Assembly (NCBI RefSeq): GCF_032444005.1
Contig: NC_091282.1
Location: 55,552,001-55,616,000, forward strand
Source of the DNA: Ranitomeya imitator
Taxonomy: Eukaryota
Length of the DNA: 64,000 nt
Direction of reading: 5' to 3'
Positions 37,010-49,841 of the stretch are shown one piece after another. The position numbers and the translations under genes are program-made. The first letter of the stretch is position 1; each line of letters opens with the position of its first letter. Below the pieces are notes generated by a model, which saw nothing but the letters and a program-made list of their open reading frames with translations, ran no database searches and was not told the DNA's origin.

Positions 37010-37620
37010 TTAACCCCTTCCCGACACGGCCAATTTCCATCCTTGCGTTTTTTTTTGAGAATTTTTTTTTTAAGATGTACGTTGTGTGTTAAGAATAAAT
37101 TTACGATATGATTCTCCTCATCGGTACGATTACGGCGATACCTAACATGACAAGTTTTTTTATTATTATTATTTTAGTGGTGAAAAAAAAAATCAGGTTT
37201 TTTTAAAAAAAAAAATTTGGAGGGTTATGTCGCCATTTTAGTGACATAACGTTTTCATTTTTGGGTCGATGGAGCCGCGTGAGGGCTTATTTTGTGCGGG
37301 GCAAGATAACGTTTTTTATTGATACTGTTATGGGACCGATATGACGTTTTGCTCGCTCGTTACAGCATTTTTTTTTCGTGGGTTGGTGTTTTGAATTTTT
37401 TTTTTTCCTGCTTACGGTGTTTTCCAGTTGGGTTAATTATTTTTATATTTTGATAGATCAGAGTTTTCCGAACGCGGCGATATCACATATGTGTATTTTT
37501 TTTCTTATCCTTCTTTTTAATGGGGGGAAAAGGGGTAATTTGAACTATTTAATTAGTTTTTCATACTTTTTAAAACATTTTTTTTTACTCCTCACAGTAC
37601 TTTTTAGTCCCCTTCAGAAA
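37010..37620. mobile_element. Left part of a TTAA-type (piggyBac-like) non-autonomous element
   Basis: Begins TTAA-CCCCTTC and has a T-rich body. Confidence 0.55.
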
Positions 37621-39346
37621 GGGGTCAAAGAGTATCTCTCATTTCATTAGTGTATTGCCTGGGTAGGTCCAAAATGAGGTGCTGATCCATTTTATAACAT
37701 TATTATTAGGGTTGGAACACAACCATTGAAATACATGAGAAAGTTCTGACTGTCTGCAACCACCACTAGGGGGAGCTCACTGCAGACAGATTTATTATGG
37801 AGCTCAATGGATTCATCTTCAGAAAGTTCTAAGTGTTTACTGCAGAATTTTATCATTTCACTCTATAAAGGGGGAGATAATCTAAAATTGATATTTTATT
37901 CACTAGTTTTAACTCTCCCGTTATATACTGTCAGACAATGTAGTACATAGGAAAAGAAAACACATCGTTCTTACTATGAGAGGGGCCAAGTGACTGTCAG
38001 TTCTGTCCCTACATCAATCAAATTGGGGGATGTACGACAAGACCCTGGCACTGTGCAGTGAAAATGTCATATCCGAGTGAAAAAATGAAATTCAAGATGA
38101 AAACTAAAAAAAAAACTCTCTTCCTATATAAACAAAGAACAGACCGTCTTAACATCGTCTATCAGTCAAAGTGGCTGCCTGCCAGAAGGTACAGGAAAAG
38201 AGGACAAAGGAAGACCATTTATTTGGTGCATGCTAACCTGAGCCCACTTCAAGTTGTGAAATTAAAATTTTTAATTTTTTTTTTTTATTTTTTTTTTTCA
38301 AATAGTAACCAATTCTTCAGTCCGATCAGTGCTGACTCAGCCACAGAGTGAGCTGCTGTTAGGCAGAGGAGTAGCTCTAAGGTAGCAGAATGTAGAGTCT
38401 GTGTAACCCGCCTACATAGCTGGCTGTCCTGATGATTCTGAAATAGATCCAATAGCACGCTGCTCTAAGATTTTTTTGTCTCTCTCGTTCTGCTCTCACC
38501 ACCTTCCTGTGGCTATCTCTTCCGAGTGTCAGAGACAGCATAAAGAAGGGAAGGAGGATGTACATACTGGAAGAGAATGTGGAAAGGAGGGAAAGCATCT
38601 AAGTCTTCCGGGAGGGTGAATCACACAGTCTGTAAATAGGAAGGAAAGCAAAAGGGAAGGGAGAATCAAGCTCAGGCGGTGCACATGAAAGGGCAGATGG
38701 TCTGAGGTGGACTGTGCAGATGAAGGAAGGGGGAAATCACATAATATTCAGCATCAGTGTCTACCAGCAGGAGGCAAAAAGGATCCATCACAAGTTAGAA
38801 GGGGAAATGATAGGAGATCTATCATACTTGGATACACGACGGCATGTTCTGCAAACAAGCCGCTCTGTTGGCGGTGAGGAGTATATGGGGAATTAACCCC
38901 CCATTATGTCTCACCTGCGGCTCGAATCTGATGGCTGACTCCCAGTACTCATGGGAGTATTCTCCAGTGACATCTCCTATAATTAGCATCTCAATGCCAA
39001 GCAACATGGCAGAGGAGAGACCTGCCCATACCCAGCCACCGTGGCAGCAGATAACTGAGAGACCACCAGATATAGTAACGTTTCGGAACCTGATGCAGAA
39101 AGTCAGTTGCAGTTTTCAGAGTGTTTCCTATTTTCCCGAGTGAGTTGCCGCGCGATCATAACAGCTTTCCTATAATAATGCCTCCTTGCTTCCCTATAAT
39201 AATGACCCCTCATTGGACCTCCTTATAATAAAGACCCTCAGCACCTTTTTACTGTAATAAGGCCCCTGAGCAGGGGCGTACATAGAAATAACAGGTCCCA
39301 TAGATAAACTCCTATCACGTCACAGTCAAAGAAGGACATATCTCGC

Positions 39347-39399
39347 TGCGGAATATGTTAGCGCTATATAAAAGTTATGATTATTATTATATTATTATT
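39347..39399 (+). mobile_element. Extreme 5'-truncated L2 insertion (3' tip only)
   Basis: TGCGGAATATGTTAGCGCTATATAAA followed by (TAT)n, flanked by the 9-bp repeat ATATCTCGC (39338-39346, 39400-39408). Confidence 0.75.
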
Positions 39400-39747
39400 A
39401 TATCTCGCAACTTCAGGAAACGGAGGATATGTATTGCAGCACTTACATTTATTTCCTTCTACTAAAGCCCCTAAGTGGTCTCACCCACTATGATGCCTTT
39501 TTCATGACCCCCGTAGAGTATTATGCCCTCATATGGTGTGATGACCCCACAAACCCTATACAGCGTATGATGCCCCACAGCACCCAACATATCATGAAGA
39601 GCACCACAGCCCCCCATATATTATGGTATTCACCACAGCCCCCAATATTCAGTATGAGATACACCACAGACCCCTATATAGAGTAATGTCCCCCCATAAC
39701 CACCCCATTAAGTTTTGATGCCCTCCTTAACCAGTATACAGGTCACC

Positions 39748-39915
39748 ACATAGCATAATGTACCCCATAGACCTCCACACAGAATAATGTCCACCCCAGA
39801 CCTCACATAGCATAATGTACCCCATAGACCTCCACACAGAATAATGTCCACCCCAGACCTCACATAGCATAATGTACCCCATAGACCTCCACACAGAATA
39901 ATGTCCACCACAGAC
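39748..39915. repeat. 57-bp tandem repeat (dimer of ~28-bp subunits), about 3 copies
   Basis: CATAGCATAATGTACCCCATAGACCTCCACACAGAATAATGTCCACCCCAGACCTCA; gives the 19-aa period in ORF 39708-39920. Confidence 0.85.
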
Positions 39916-40217
39916 CCCAAACACTATCAGTATCCCCCACACACCCCTATATAGTATGATAGTACCCCTATACAGTACAATGGTCCTCCCTTAGGATAGA
40001 TCATCAATGTCGGATCAGTGGGGGTACAGCACCCCCACTATTGGTTTGAACAGGGGGCAGATGTGCAGTACCCGGCCATGGCTACAATACAGCTCTGGAA
40101 GTGAGCAATTCCAGCCGCCAACAACATAGGGTACAACTGGTTGGTGTGGAGACGGGGTGTCATGCCCCCAGTGATCAGACATTGATGACTTATCCTAAGG
40201 ATAGACCATCAGTGTAA

Positions 40218-40410
40218 GGCTGCCGTCACACTATCAGTATTTGGTCAGTATTTTACATCAGTATTTGTAGCCAAACCCAGGAGTGGGTGATAAATACAGA
40301 AGTGGTGCATATGTTTCTATTATACTTTTCCTCTATTTGTTCCACTCCTGGTTTTGGCTACAAATACTGATGTAAAATACTGACCAAATACTGATAGTGT
40401 GACGGCAGCC
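40218..40410. mobile_element. Young MITE with ~70-bp TIRs, nested in an older TTAA-ended MITE (about 39985-40435)
   Basis: GGCTGCCGTCACACTATCAGTATTTGGTCAG... and its reverse complement. A related copy lies at 41871-42065. Confidence 0.85.
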
Positions 40411-41083
40411 TTAAAGTCCCGGACAACCCCTTTAATAATCCATCACCTAATCTCTGCTTGAGCTGGCATTATAAGACCTAGAGCAGAATGCCCCAACTCC
40501 AGTTTTCAAGAGCCAACAACAGATCATATTGTCCGAGAGAATCGGCAAGAACTGCTGCAAAGGGAGGCGGCAATAGTAGAAAGGAGCAAAGCCCGGCACT
40601 GGAGCCGAGACAGGTAAGGAAGAGATAACTGAGATGAACCATGTGGATGATAAGTCAGATCGTCATGTCACAGGTTTCACAATAGCTGGAGATTGCCAGA
40701 CGATGCCCCCCTCACTCATCACATAAAGTAAGCTTATAGTAAATCCTAGGTATAATGCCAAGTATCATGGTAGTCCCAGCCTGCCCTCACCGGGGGGCTT
40801 CACTTCATATCTAGCAAGGTACACACTAAATCAGAGCCCAGGAAAAAACAAACACTGTGATCTATGAAAGTGAAAAATGCTTTTGCTTCACAAATAAAGA
40901 CTCATTCCAAGATATTGATGTAGAACTAAAGGCATTACAGACACGTTACCCTGTGCAACAAGGGACACATTGTTATTCTTCACTCTTATCGCAGGGAGGA
41001 AAAAATCACATCCATTCTGCCAGTCATTGCTGTATGTATGAAGCAATGGTACAGAAACATGGACTACAGTATAATGACATCCA

Positions 41084-41865
41084 CATGGGGCAGTATTATA
41101 GTAGTTATATTCTTGTATATAGGAGCAGTATTATAGTAGTTATATTCTTGTACATAGGAGCAGTATTATAGTAGTTATATTCTTGTACATAGCGGCGGTA
41201 TTATAGTAGTTCTACTCTTGTACATAGGAGCAGTATTATAGTAGTTATATTCTTGTATATAGGGGCAGTATTATAGTAGTTATATTCTTGTACATAGGAG
41301 CAGTATTATAGTAGTTATATTCCTGTACATAGAAGCAGTATTATAGTAGTTATATTCTTGTACATAGGGGCAGTATTATAGTAGTTATATTCCTGTACAT
41401 AGGAGCAGTATTGTAGTAGTTATATTCTTGTTCATAGTGGCAGTATTATAGTAGATATATTCCTGTACATAGGAGCAGTATTATAGTAGTTATATTCTTG
41501 TACATTGTGGCAGTATTATAGTAGTTATTCCTGTACATAGGAGCAGTATTATAGTAGTTATATTCCTGTGCATAGGAGTAGTATTATAGTAGTTATAGTC
41601 TTGTACATAGGGGCAGTATTACAGTAGTTATATCCCTGTACATAGGGGCAGTATTATAGTTATATTCTTGTACATAGGGACAGTATTATAGTAGTTATAT
41701 TCTTGTACATATGGGCAGTATTATAGTAGTTATATTCATGTATATAGGGGCAGTATTATAGTAGTTATATTTTTGTACATAGGGGCAGTATTATAGTATA
41801 GTAGTTATATTCTTGAACATAAGGGCAGTTTTATGGTAATTATATTTGTGTACATTGGGGCAGCG
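41084..41865. repeat. 35-bp minisatellite, about 22 units
   Basis: Unit GTAGTTATATTCTTGTACATAGGAGCAGTATTATA. Confidence 0.95.
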
Positions 41866-41870
41866 ATATA

Positions 41871-42065
41871 GGACCACATTCACACGTTCAGTATTTGGTC
41901 AGTATTTTACCTCAGTATTTGTAAGCCAAAATCAGGAGTGGAACAATCAGAGGAAAAGTATAATAGAAACTCGTCACCACTACTGTATTTATCCCTCACT
42001 CCTGATTTTGGCTTACAAATACTGATGTAAAATACTGACCCAATACTGAGCATGTGAACGTGGCA
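41871..42065. mobile_element. MITE related to 40218-40410
   Basis: TTCACACGTTCAGTATTTGGTCAGTATTTTAC... with a matching inverted right arm. Confidence 0.75.
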
Positions 42066-42944
42066 TTGCAGTATTTTTTTGTTCATACATGTCGCTATGA
42101 TGGCAGTTGCAGCTATAGGTATTTAGCAGAGGAGAGACTGACTATACTGAGGTTTCCTTGTTCCTGGAGGACCCGACGTGCTGATTTCTTACACAGAGTG
42201 CTTACTGAATTTCTGCAGAAAATATGAGTTTTGTGCCCAGGAGATCCAGCTGGACAGTTTGGCCTCTCCACCATTATGATAACGAAGGGGCAAATGAAAG
42301 ATTTCATTTATTTACAACATTTCATTTTCATTTAATCTAATTTGCACCTCCAGGAAATATCACAGGCCATCAGCGACAAATAAATATTCCTTAATGTGCA
42401 AATTCACAGTGCTCCTTCTATTTTCACAAAATTCCTACTAATGCATCAGGAGGTTCAGGATGCGCAGTTCCGTAGAATTTTTGGAAGAACGGCTTTCGTC
42501 ACCTTTCCTGATAATGAGTGCCTTTATGCTGTTGCTGGAAAGTTTTGCAGATTATGTACATACAAAACTAAATAGATTCCTATTGATATGAGAAGGACAT
42601 TGGTTTATGAATGTGGGTGAAGCTGGATTAGGAGCTGAATGGAGCTACTGTCTCTTTAACTTTTGCTGTGCCCTTTAATTGAAGCCAAGTCATTTCCAGT
42701 TGCTCTGCGATTTGTCGTCCAGCAGCTGTTTCTCCGTGTGGCAGGTGCTGCGCTACTTCGTCGCTGTGCCCCACGGATGTAGAGTCCACCGGCTGTAAAG
42801 AGGATCGTGTACCGGCATGTGCAATAATATATTCTAATTTCCAAATAGTGCTGCCATGTGGTGCTGATGTGGTGCACAGTCGTGGCCAATAGTTTAGCAT
42901 TCTCCAAAATGATGGAGTAACGATGTCAAAAGGCAAAAGTGAAA

Positions 42945-43320
42945 AGGAACATGGACCCATCCGTACTAGTAAACTCCCAAGATCTCAGTCCCAACCTGCG
43001 GTCAATCCTCAAAAAGCAGGAGAACAAACAAGACTTCACAAACTGTGATAAGCTCCAAGGACTGATGAGATAAGAATGGGAGGTCATCAATTGGGACTTG
43101 GCCCAGAAGCCGATATCCACCCGCCAGGGTGAAGGGCAGAGATCTTGAAAAATAAATAACATCGCTGTAAATATAGAGTCCTTAAAAAGGTCGTAAAAGA
43201 GTAAAAACTGATAATGTTCCTCAGTAACAGCAACATCTAATAAAAGATCTAAAAACACAAATCGGAAAAAACCATGTGAAATCCAAAATCTGTATCAGTC
43301 TTAAAACTTTTGGCCTCAAG
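42945..43320 (+). pseudogene. Degenerate Tc1 transposase C-terminal remnant
   Basis: Reads NSQDLSPNLRSILKKQENKQDFTNCDKLQGLMR*EW..., resembling the Tc1 NSPDLNPIENLW...KPTN.DKL..LI.QEW pattern. Confidence 0.55.
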
Positions 43321-43361
43321 TAGTTCTGCCAGTGCCTAAATACCATACAGAGCAGATCAGA

Positions 43362-43364
<3 letters not shown>

Positions 43365-43432
<68 letters not shown>
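43365..43432. repeat. (TA)n microsatellite; a second lies at about 45119-45157
   Basis: Uninterrupted TA run. Confidence 0.95.
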
Positions 43433-43436
<4 letters not shown>

Positions 43437-43503
43437 ACAAATACCTACCAGCCCAAGAGCAACCCTCAAACATACTTGTATTGGATATGATCCAAGAATT
43501 CTA

Positions 43504-44220
43504 GGACTCTTTCACATGTCAGTGTGTCTGGTACGTTGGGTGACAATTTTCACACGTACCGGAGATACTTACACACATTGACCCATTAAAGTGAATGGGT
43601 GTGTGAACATATCAGTGTGTTTCCACGAACCATGTTTCCCTGGACAAAATACACTGATATGTCTGTTTTTTAACAGCAACAAAACATCCCGCACACGTGC
43701 AAACTGATGACACACAGATGACATCCGTGTGACACGTACCGACGCCTGGGAAGCAGCGGTACTGTTCTCGCTGTTCCCCGGCGCTGGGTGCTGAGGACAA
43801 TTCACATCACTGTCCCCTGCTCGTGCTGCGATGAGCGCTAGCAGAGGACAATGTTGAGAGAGAAGGCAGTGGATGATGCGAGTATTCATCATCTGCCGCC
43901 TGCGCTATAAAAAAAATAAATAATAAAAAAATGACATGGGTTCCCCTGTGTTTTTGATAACCAACCAGGCAAAACTGACAGCTGCGGGCTGCAACCTCAG
44001 CTGTCAGCATTCCCACGCCGTATTTTTTAATTATTTAAATAAATAATTAAAAAAACATCATGGGATACTCCCAATTTTTGACAACCAGCCAAGCTAAAGC
44101 AGACAGCTGAGGGTTGGTATTCTCAGGCAGGTAAGGAGCCATGGATATTGGCCGCCTCAGCCTAAAAATAGCAGCCCGCAGCCACCCAGAAAAGGTGCAT
44201 CTATTAGGCCATATCTAATA
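43504..44220 (+). mobile_element. Truncated non-autonomous Harbinger-like element
   Basis: GGACTCTTTCACATGTCAG start; shares internal blocks with 15363, 50006 and 63357. Confidence 0.6.
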
Positions 44221-44867
44221 AAAATATTTTTAAAGGGGTTTTTTTTGTACCGTACAGAGCATTAATAAAAGCGTCATATCATGTGCCAGTAACAGAACTG
44301 TCCAACCGTCTCATATATTGTAAAGTAGCCAGATCGTACAGATCATGAAATTCTGGATTACGGTATTATAGATGAAGACATCCTGGGTCATGAGGTTACA
44401 GATTATGTTACTTTCGCATATGCTGATATAGATTATGGTATTATACGGTATGATATTATGGGCTATGATATCAGTTGTGGGTTATAAAATGATGGGTTAT
44501 AGTAGTCTACATTATGATCATATGGCATAAGGCATTATAAATGTCATAAATTACGATGGTTATGGATTATGGGGTTGTGATGTGGATTAAGATTAAATAG
44601 AGTATAATGTAAAAGTGATATATTGTTGTAGCATATGCTATGACATCTCATATTATGAAATATAATATTGAAGATTATGATATCAAGGCCATGTTCCCAC
44701 ATAACTCAAAGATGGCATTTTTTTTGTTGTACAGAAAATCATTAATAGAGTACTGGAATGGGGGCGCGTCATTCTATACTCCCAATCGACATCCCTGTAA
44801 TGCGATGGCGGGGCGCTGATAGTTTTCTATTGTGAGCAGTTTACTTGGACGCAACAGCGCAGACTGA

Positions 44868-45115
44868 GGCTGGCGTCACACTCAGCGTAAGACAATACGG
44901 TCCGTATATTACGGCCGTAATACGCTGAAAAGTCCCCAAAATAGTGGTCCGTAGCTCCTCCGTAGGCAGGGTGTGTCAGCGTATTTTGCGCATGGCATCC
45001 TCCGTATGTAATCCGTATGGCATCTGTACTGCGTGTTTTTCTCGCAGGCTTGCAAAACCGACATACGGCTATACAAGGGATCCATGTGTAAAAAAAAACA
45101 TAAAAACATATATAC

Positions 45116-45165
<50 letters not shown>

Positions 45166-46476
45166 TATATGTCAGTAGACACATATATGTGTATATATAT
45201 TAATATTTCATACAGCGCTAGATAGCTTTAAAGCCGGTAATTCAATTACCGGCTTCTGCTATCTCCTTCCTAAACCCGACATGATATGAGACATGGTTTA
45301 CATACAGTAAACCATCTCATATCACCTTTTTTTTGCATATTCCACACTACTAATGTTAGTAGTGTGTATGTGCAAAATTTGGCCGTTCTAGCTATTAAAT
45401 TAAAGGGTTAAATGGCGGAAAAAATTGGCGTGGGCTCCCGCGCAATTTTCTCCGCCAGAGTAGTAAAGCCGTAAAGCCAGTGACTGAGAGCAGATATTAA
45501 TAGCCTGGAGAGGGTCCATGGTTATTGCCCCCCCCCCCCCGGCTACAAACATCTGCCCCCAGCCACCGCAGAAAAGGCACATCTGGAAGATGCGCCTATT
45601 CTGGCACTTGGCCACTCTCTTCCCATTCCCGTGTAGCGGTGGGATATGGGGTAATGAAGGGTTAATGCCACCTTGCTATTGTAAATTGACATTAAGCCAA
45701 ATTAATAATGGAGAGGCGTCAATTATGACACCTATCCATTATTAATCCAATAGTAGTAAAGGGTTAAAAAAACACAAACACATTATTTAAAAGTATTTTA
45801 ATGAAATAAAAACAAAGGTTGTTGTAATATTTTATTCTACGCTCAATCCACCTGAAGACCCTTGCTCTGTAACAAAGAAAAAATAATAAACCAACAATAT
45901 ACATACCTTCCGAAAATCTGTAACGTCCCACGATGTAAATCCATCTGAAGGGATTAAAATATTTTACAGCCAGGAGCTCTGCTAATGCAGTGGTGCTCGT
46001 GGCTGCAAAACCCCAGGGAATGAAGGTAAAGTAGGTCAATGACCTATATTTACCTTCATTCGCGGTGAGGCGCCCTCTGCTGGCTGTTCCTGGAGTGTGG
46101 GAACTTTCCTAGAAAGCTCCCAGGCTCGAGTTCATATGAGGACAACCAGCAGAGGGCGCCTCACCGCAAATGAAGATAGCTACAGGTCATTGACCTACAT
46201 TACCTTCATTCTCCGGGGTTTTACAGCCACGAGCAGCGCTGCTTTAGCAGAGCTCCTGGCTGTAAAATATTTTAACCCCTTCAGATGGATTTACATCGTG
46301 GGACGTTACAGATCTTCGGAAGGTATGTATATTGTTGGTTTATTATTTTTTCTTTGTTACAGAGCGAGGGTCTTCAGATGGATTGAGCGTAGAATAAAAT
46401 ATTACAACAACCTTTGTTTTTATTTCATTAAAATACTTTTAAATAATGTGTTTGTGTTTTTTTAACCCTTTACTAC
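44868..46476. mobile_element. Truncated non-autonomous DNA transposon with a ~340-bp-arm internal inverted repeat (45753-46091 / 46139-46476)
   Basis: GGCTGGCGTCACAC start. The arms are near-identical, so the same peptide appears in ORFs 45764-46039(-) and 46097-46465(+). Confidence 0.8.
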
Positions 46477-47519
46477 CACCTTCCCTAGTGTTTGGTTCCG
46501 GTTCCCTGACCCCATCATGTTGCACTTAGTCTCCCTTCTCTGTGCGTGACATTGACTGATTAGTGGGGGTCCCGAATGTGAAGGTTCCAGGGCCTCAGTA
46601 GTAGAAGAAACAGGATGCGGAACCGTAGAGCAAGTAAGGAGACTTGCTGAAGAGGACTGCAGAGTTAAAGCTGGGTTGTGACAAAGTATTGCCGTGTTAC
46701 AATACTATGGAATATGGTTAGGTAGCACAGACGATTGAAACCATTCGCATGACCCTGATCCAGTGGACAGGTCAGTATTCCATGGCTGCTGGATAGGAGA
46801 CCTGAGAATCACCCAGATCTCCGTGGCTCCTCTTTTTTGATCAGGTTGCCTGGCACAACATTGTAAGAGATAGCTGCACAGATAAAAGAGGTGCCTGCAA
46901 GTAGAAGGTGGTTTGCAGGGTTCTCATCCAGCAGCCCCGATGCTGCACTGGGGTACTGCAAAATGATTCTCTCATCTCTATTATATAGATGATGATGTGA
47001 CGGAATGTGACAGTCTGAATTATGATATTACATGAAATAATCATATAGAAGATGATAGTATGGATCATGGAAGCATAGATGTTGATATTATTGGTTATGA
47101 CAGTTAGGATAATGATATTACGAGCTGTCGCTTTAGTACCTGACCGTCTGGCACACATGATATTTTCCGCATTATGTTGTCTTCTCTGTAGCTGCGATAT
47201 TACTCTGGATCTGGAAAAGACGTTTCTAGGGGTCATCATTACACATAGACTAACATACAGGATCTTCTGCAGAAAATGGCTTCAAATAACATTCACAAAG
47301 TGGCTCGCTGCTGCACTAGGGCACGGTGGAAACATTTGCTCGGGGCTATGATTATGTTACTGTATGCCCCAGTTTCCTGAATAGTCATGAACTTGCAATA
47401 TTTTATCTTCTCATAGTGCCGGAATACACTGCAGTCCTTCATGTGACCTAGTAGACGCCTTGTTAAGAAGTTGGATTTTTTTTTTTTTATATTTGAGAAT
47501 TTATATATATAAACAGAAA

Positions 47520-48245
47520 AATATTTAGAATTGAGAGTCCTCAGTAGTTGATACCTTTTAATGGCTAACTGAGAAGATGGTAACAAATTGCAAGCTTTCG
47601 AGACTACTCAGGCCTCTTCATCAGGCATAGACTAATAGAAATTCTGAAGAATGCAATGGATAAGACAAGTGACATGAAGCAGAGCTATCATTATGGGAGA
47701 GGGGGATAAACAGTTGTATCCATAAATATTGGAACAGTTCATAGATAAGGAGTGTGAAAGTTTTATTGTCCTCAAATTGGGGTTTGTGTTGTGATGCCCC
47801 CACAAGGTCTGAGGAGCAAATTCCTTAATTGATGTAAAAAGACATAAATCAATGCGACACATTCATTCCTGCACTGAGAGTATCAAAGGTTGTTGTCATA
47901 AATTTATACTCACAGATTCTTCTGTCTCTCTGAGATTTGAAGTTAGCTTTTAATACAAGAAATCTCATGTCTATGGAGATAAAAATGTTTGGCCACAGGT
48001 AGATCCATTATTTTTCTCTTATTGTGTGGCGGTGATTGTTCATCCTTGTTCCTTGTGCCTCCACCACATACAGAATCCCAGTTGGACATTTAGTACATAT
48101 AATTAGGTACACCACATTAGATGTGATGCAGCTGAAGGTACCTGGCATCTTGTAGTCCTGATGTGAGTTGGGGATCTTTATCTTGTCCGTGGTCATTATA
48201 AATGGACAGGCTTACATTTTTTCTGGTTTCAGGGAAAGGTTTCTG
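47520..48245 (-). pseudogene. Second PLE family: GIY-YIG endonuclease remnant and 3' pseudo-LTR
   Basis: FSCITSNVVYLIICTKCPTGILYV...RMNNHRHTI, then DLPVAKHF...RRICEYKFMTTTFDTLSAGMN. PLE-type end CCATTAAAAGGTATCAAC. Confidence 0.8.
47589..47627 (-). ncRNA. Minimal type I hammerhead ribozyme motif
   Basis: UGC-CUGAUGA-A-GAGGC(CUGAGUA)GUCUC-GAAA-GC-U-U-GCA: canonical core, 5-bp stem II, palindromic AGCU stem III. Confidence 0.75.
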
Positions 48246-48508
48246 CTGTTCCTACTGGCTAGCACGGAACAAAGATATTTTTCTTTTCTGTATATATAAA
48301 TATTAATTATTAAATGTCTGATTATCTGAAACCCTAAACTTTATCTCCACTTATTATTTTAAATTTTTGAAATGATCAGAATCTTTCTTTGGGTAAATTC
48401 ATTAGTCTACAATGGTAATGTCCCTATGATTTACAATGAAGATGTAATGCTAGCTCATAATGTCCGACTGCAATATCACTACCTTGTTCCCAAATACCAA
48501 TAGGTAAA

Positions 48509-48912
48509 GGCTCATTCACATGGCCGTATTTTCGGTCTGAACGGAATCGAACAAAAAATCGGATCGCCCTCGGACCAATGTTAGTCTCTGGGGCCGTGCA
48601 CAAGTCAGATTTATTTTCCTCGCTCCAGCTCAAATCGCTGCATGCCCGAGTTTAATCGGATATTGCACTTGGCCATTCAAGTCAATGAGTGCGGGGATAC
48701 CATCCATCGGGCTCCACTCGGATGACATCTGAGTGCAGCTCAATTTCCATGGACTTATAGAATGGAGAAGATGGAGAAATTCTTTTTCTCCACCTTCTGC
48801 TCATCCAAGAGATTCGGAGCATACGCACACTCTGATGAGTTGGATCAGTGTGAATTGTATAATTGACCCGATTGTCTTGGAGGAGAGAATACACGGGCGT
48901 CTGCTCATAACC
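48509..48912. mobile_element. Older Harbinger-like MITE; an adjacent one lies at 48954-49309
   Basis: GGCTCATTCACA...CATAACC and GACTATGTGCACAC...GTGTGAACATGCCC ends. Confidence 0.55.
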
Positions 48913-49531
48913 TTATAGCAACTATATACTGGCGCAGTTTAAATGCCAGATAAGACTATGTGCACACAGCAGATTTTCTTGCACCAAAAATCATTGTCTT
49001 GGCAGGAAAATCACTCGATAAAATACACATTTTGATGCATTTTTTATGCATTTTTACGTACTGTACATTTTTTGATGCATTCGTTCCTTTCTTTTCCTAT
49101 CATTTGAATGGTTAAAAAATGTTGCAAAGAATTGACTTGAAAAAAAAAAATGTTTCGATGGTTCAAATCTGCAAGGAAAAAATTAGTAGCGTGAGAGCTT
49201 AAAAAAAAACCCCAAACATTCGCTTTGATGGTTTTGTAAAAAGTAAAATTTTTTCCACAGTAAAAAAAAAAAAAAAAAACAAGCAAAAACACAATGTGTG
49301 AACATGCCCTAAGTGTCCAAATATTACCGCCTTATACTGCGCAAGTGATCTGATGCCACATTAATACTGCTATGCAGTGCACAAATAATGCCGCTATATA
49401 GTGCAAAAATATTATTTCTCAGATCCAAATGATGACCATTAAATGGTGAAGGCCCTGGAGCCGTGCTGCCCTTCTGTTGAGGGTGGTCAGTCCTGTAATC
49501 CTAATTGGATGTTACCGTTTTTTCTTTTCAG

Positions 49532-49841
49532 GTGCCCCATTTCAGCGATCCCAGCATGGCCACGCTACCTCCTGCCGCCACTTTCATCTGAGCCCTCAAT
49601 CTCAGCTCTCTGACTTCCCTATCCATCCTCACTCGGTTCAGCCACAACAAGGAATGACCTCTCACATGGCCACTGCTCACCAGCATACTGGACCACTGCA
49701 CCAGCCCCTGCCATCTCTGACTGGTCTACAGTTTCAGGAGGTGACGGGACCCTCCTTCCTACCTCAAGCCCTACACCAGCAATACCTTCTCCAGCAACAA
49801 CTCCTGGAGGCCCAGCACCGCAGGCTAGTCACACACCCAAG
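49532..49841 (+). CDS. RNF165: RNF165/ARK2C coding exon (exon 2 by analogy with human), 310 bp, phase 1 to 2
   Basis: tttcttttcAG|GT GCC CCA...CCA AG|GTGAGT. Peptide GAPFQRSQHGHATSCRHFHL...VTGPSFLPQALHQQYLLQQQLLEAQHRRLVTHPR matches the RNF165 N-terminus as I recall it. Confidence 0.93.

Noticed and set aside
40514-40613. Possible cassette exon ending in CAG|GTAAGG
   Set aside because: The acceptor is weak and the frame needed to join exon 2 has two TAG stops, with no homology support.
45764-46465. Two ORFs sharing a hydrophobic 70-aa peptide
   Set aside because: They are the two arms of one inverted repeat read on opposite strands.
1-49531. RNF165 exon 1 (MVLVHVGYLVLPVFGSVRNR-like) inside the window
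   Set aside because: Not seen by eye and too short for the ORF track; presumed upstream, but a diverged copy could have been missed.
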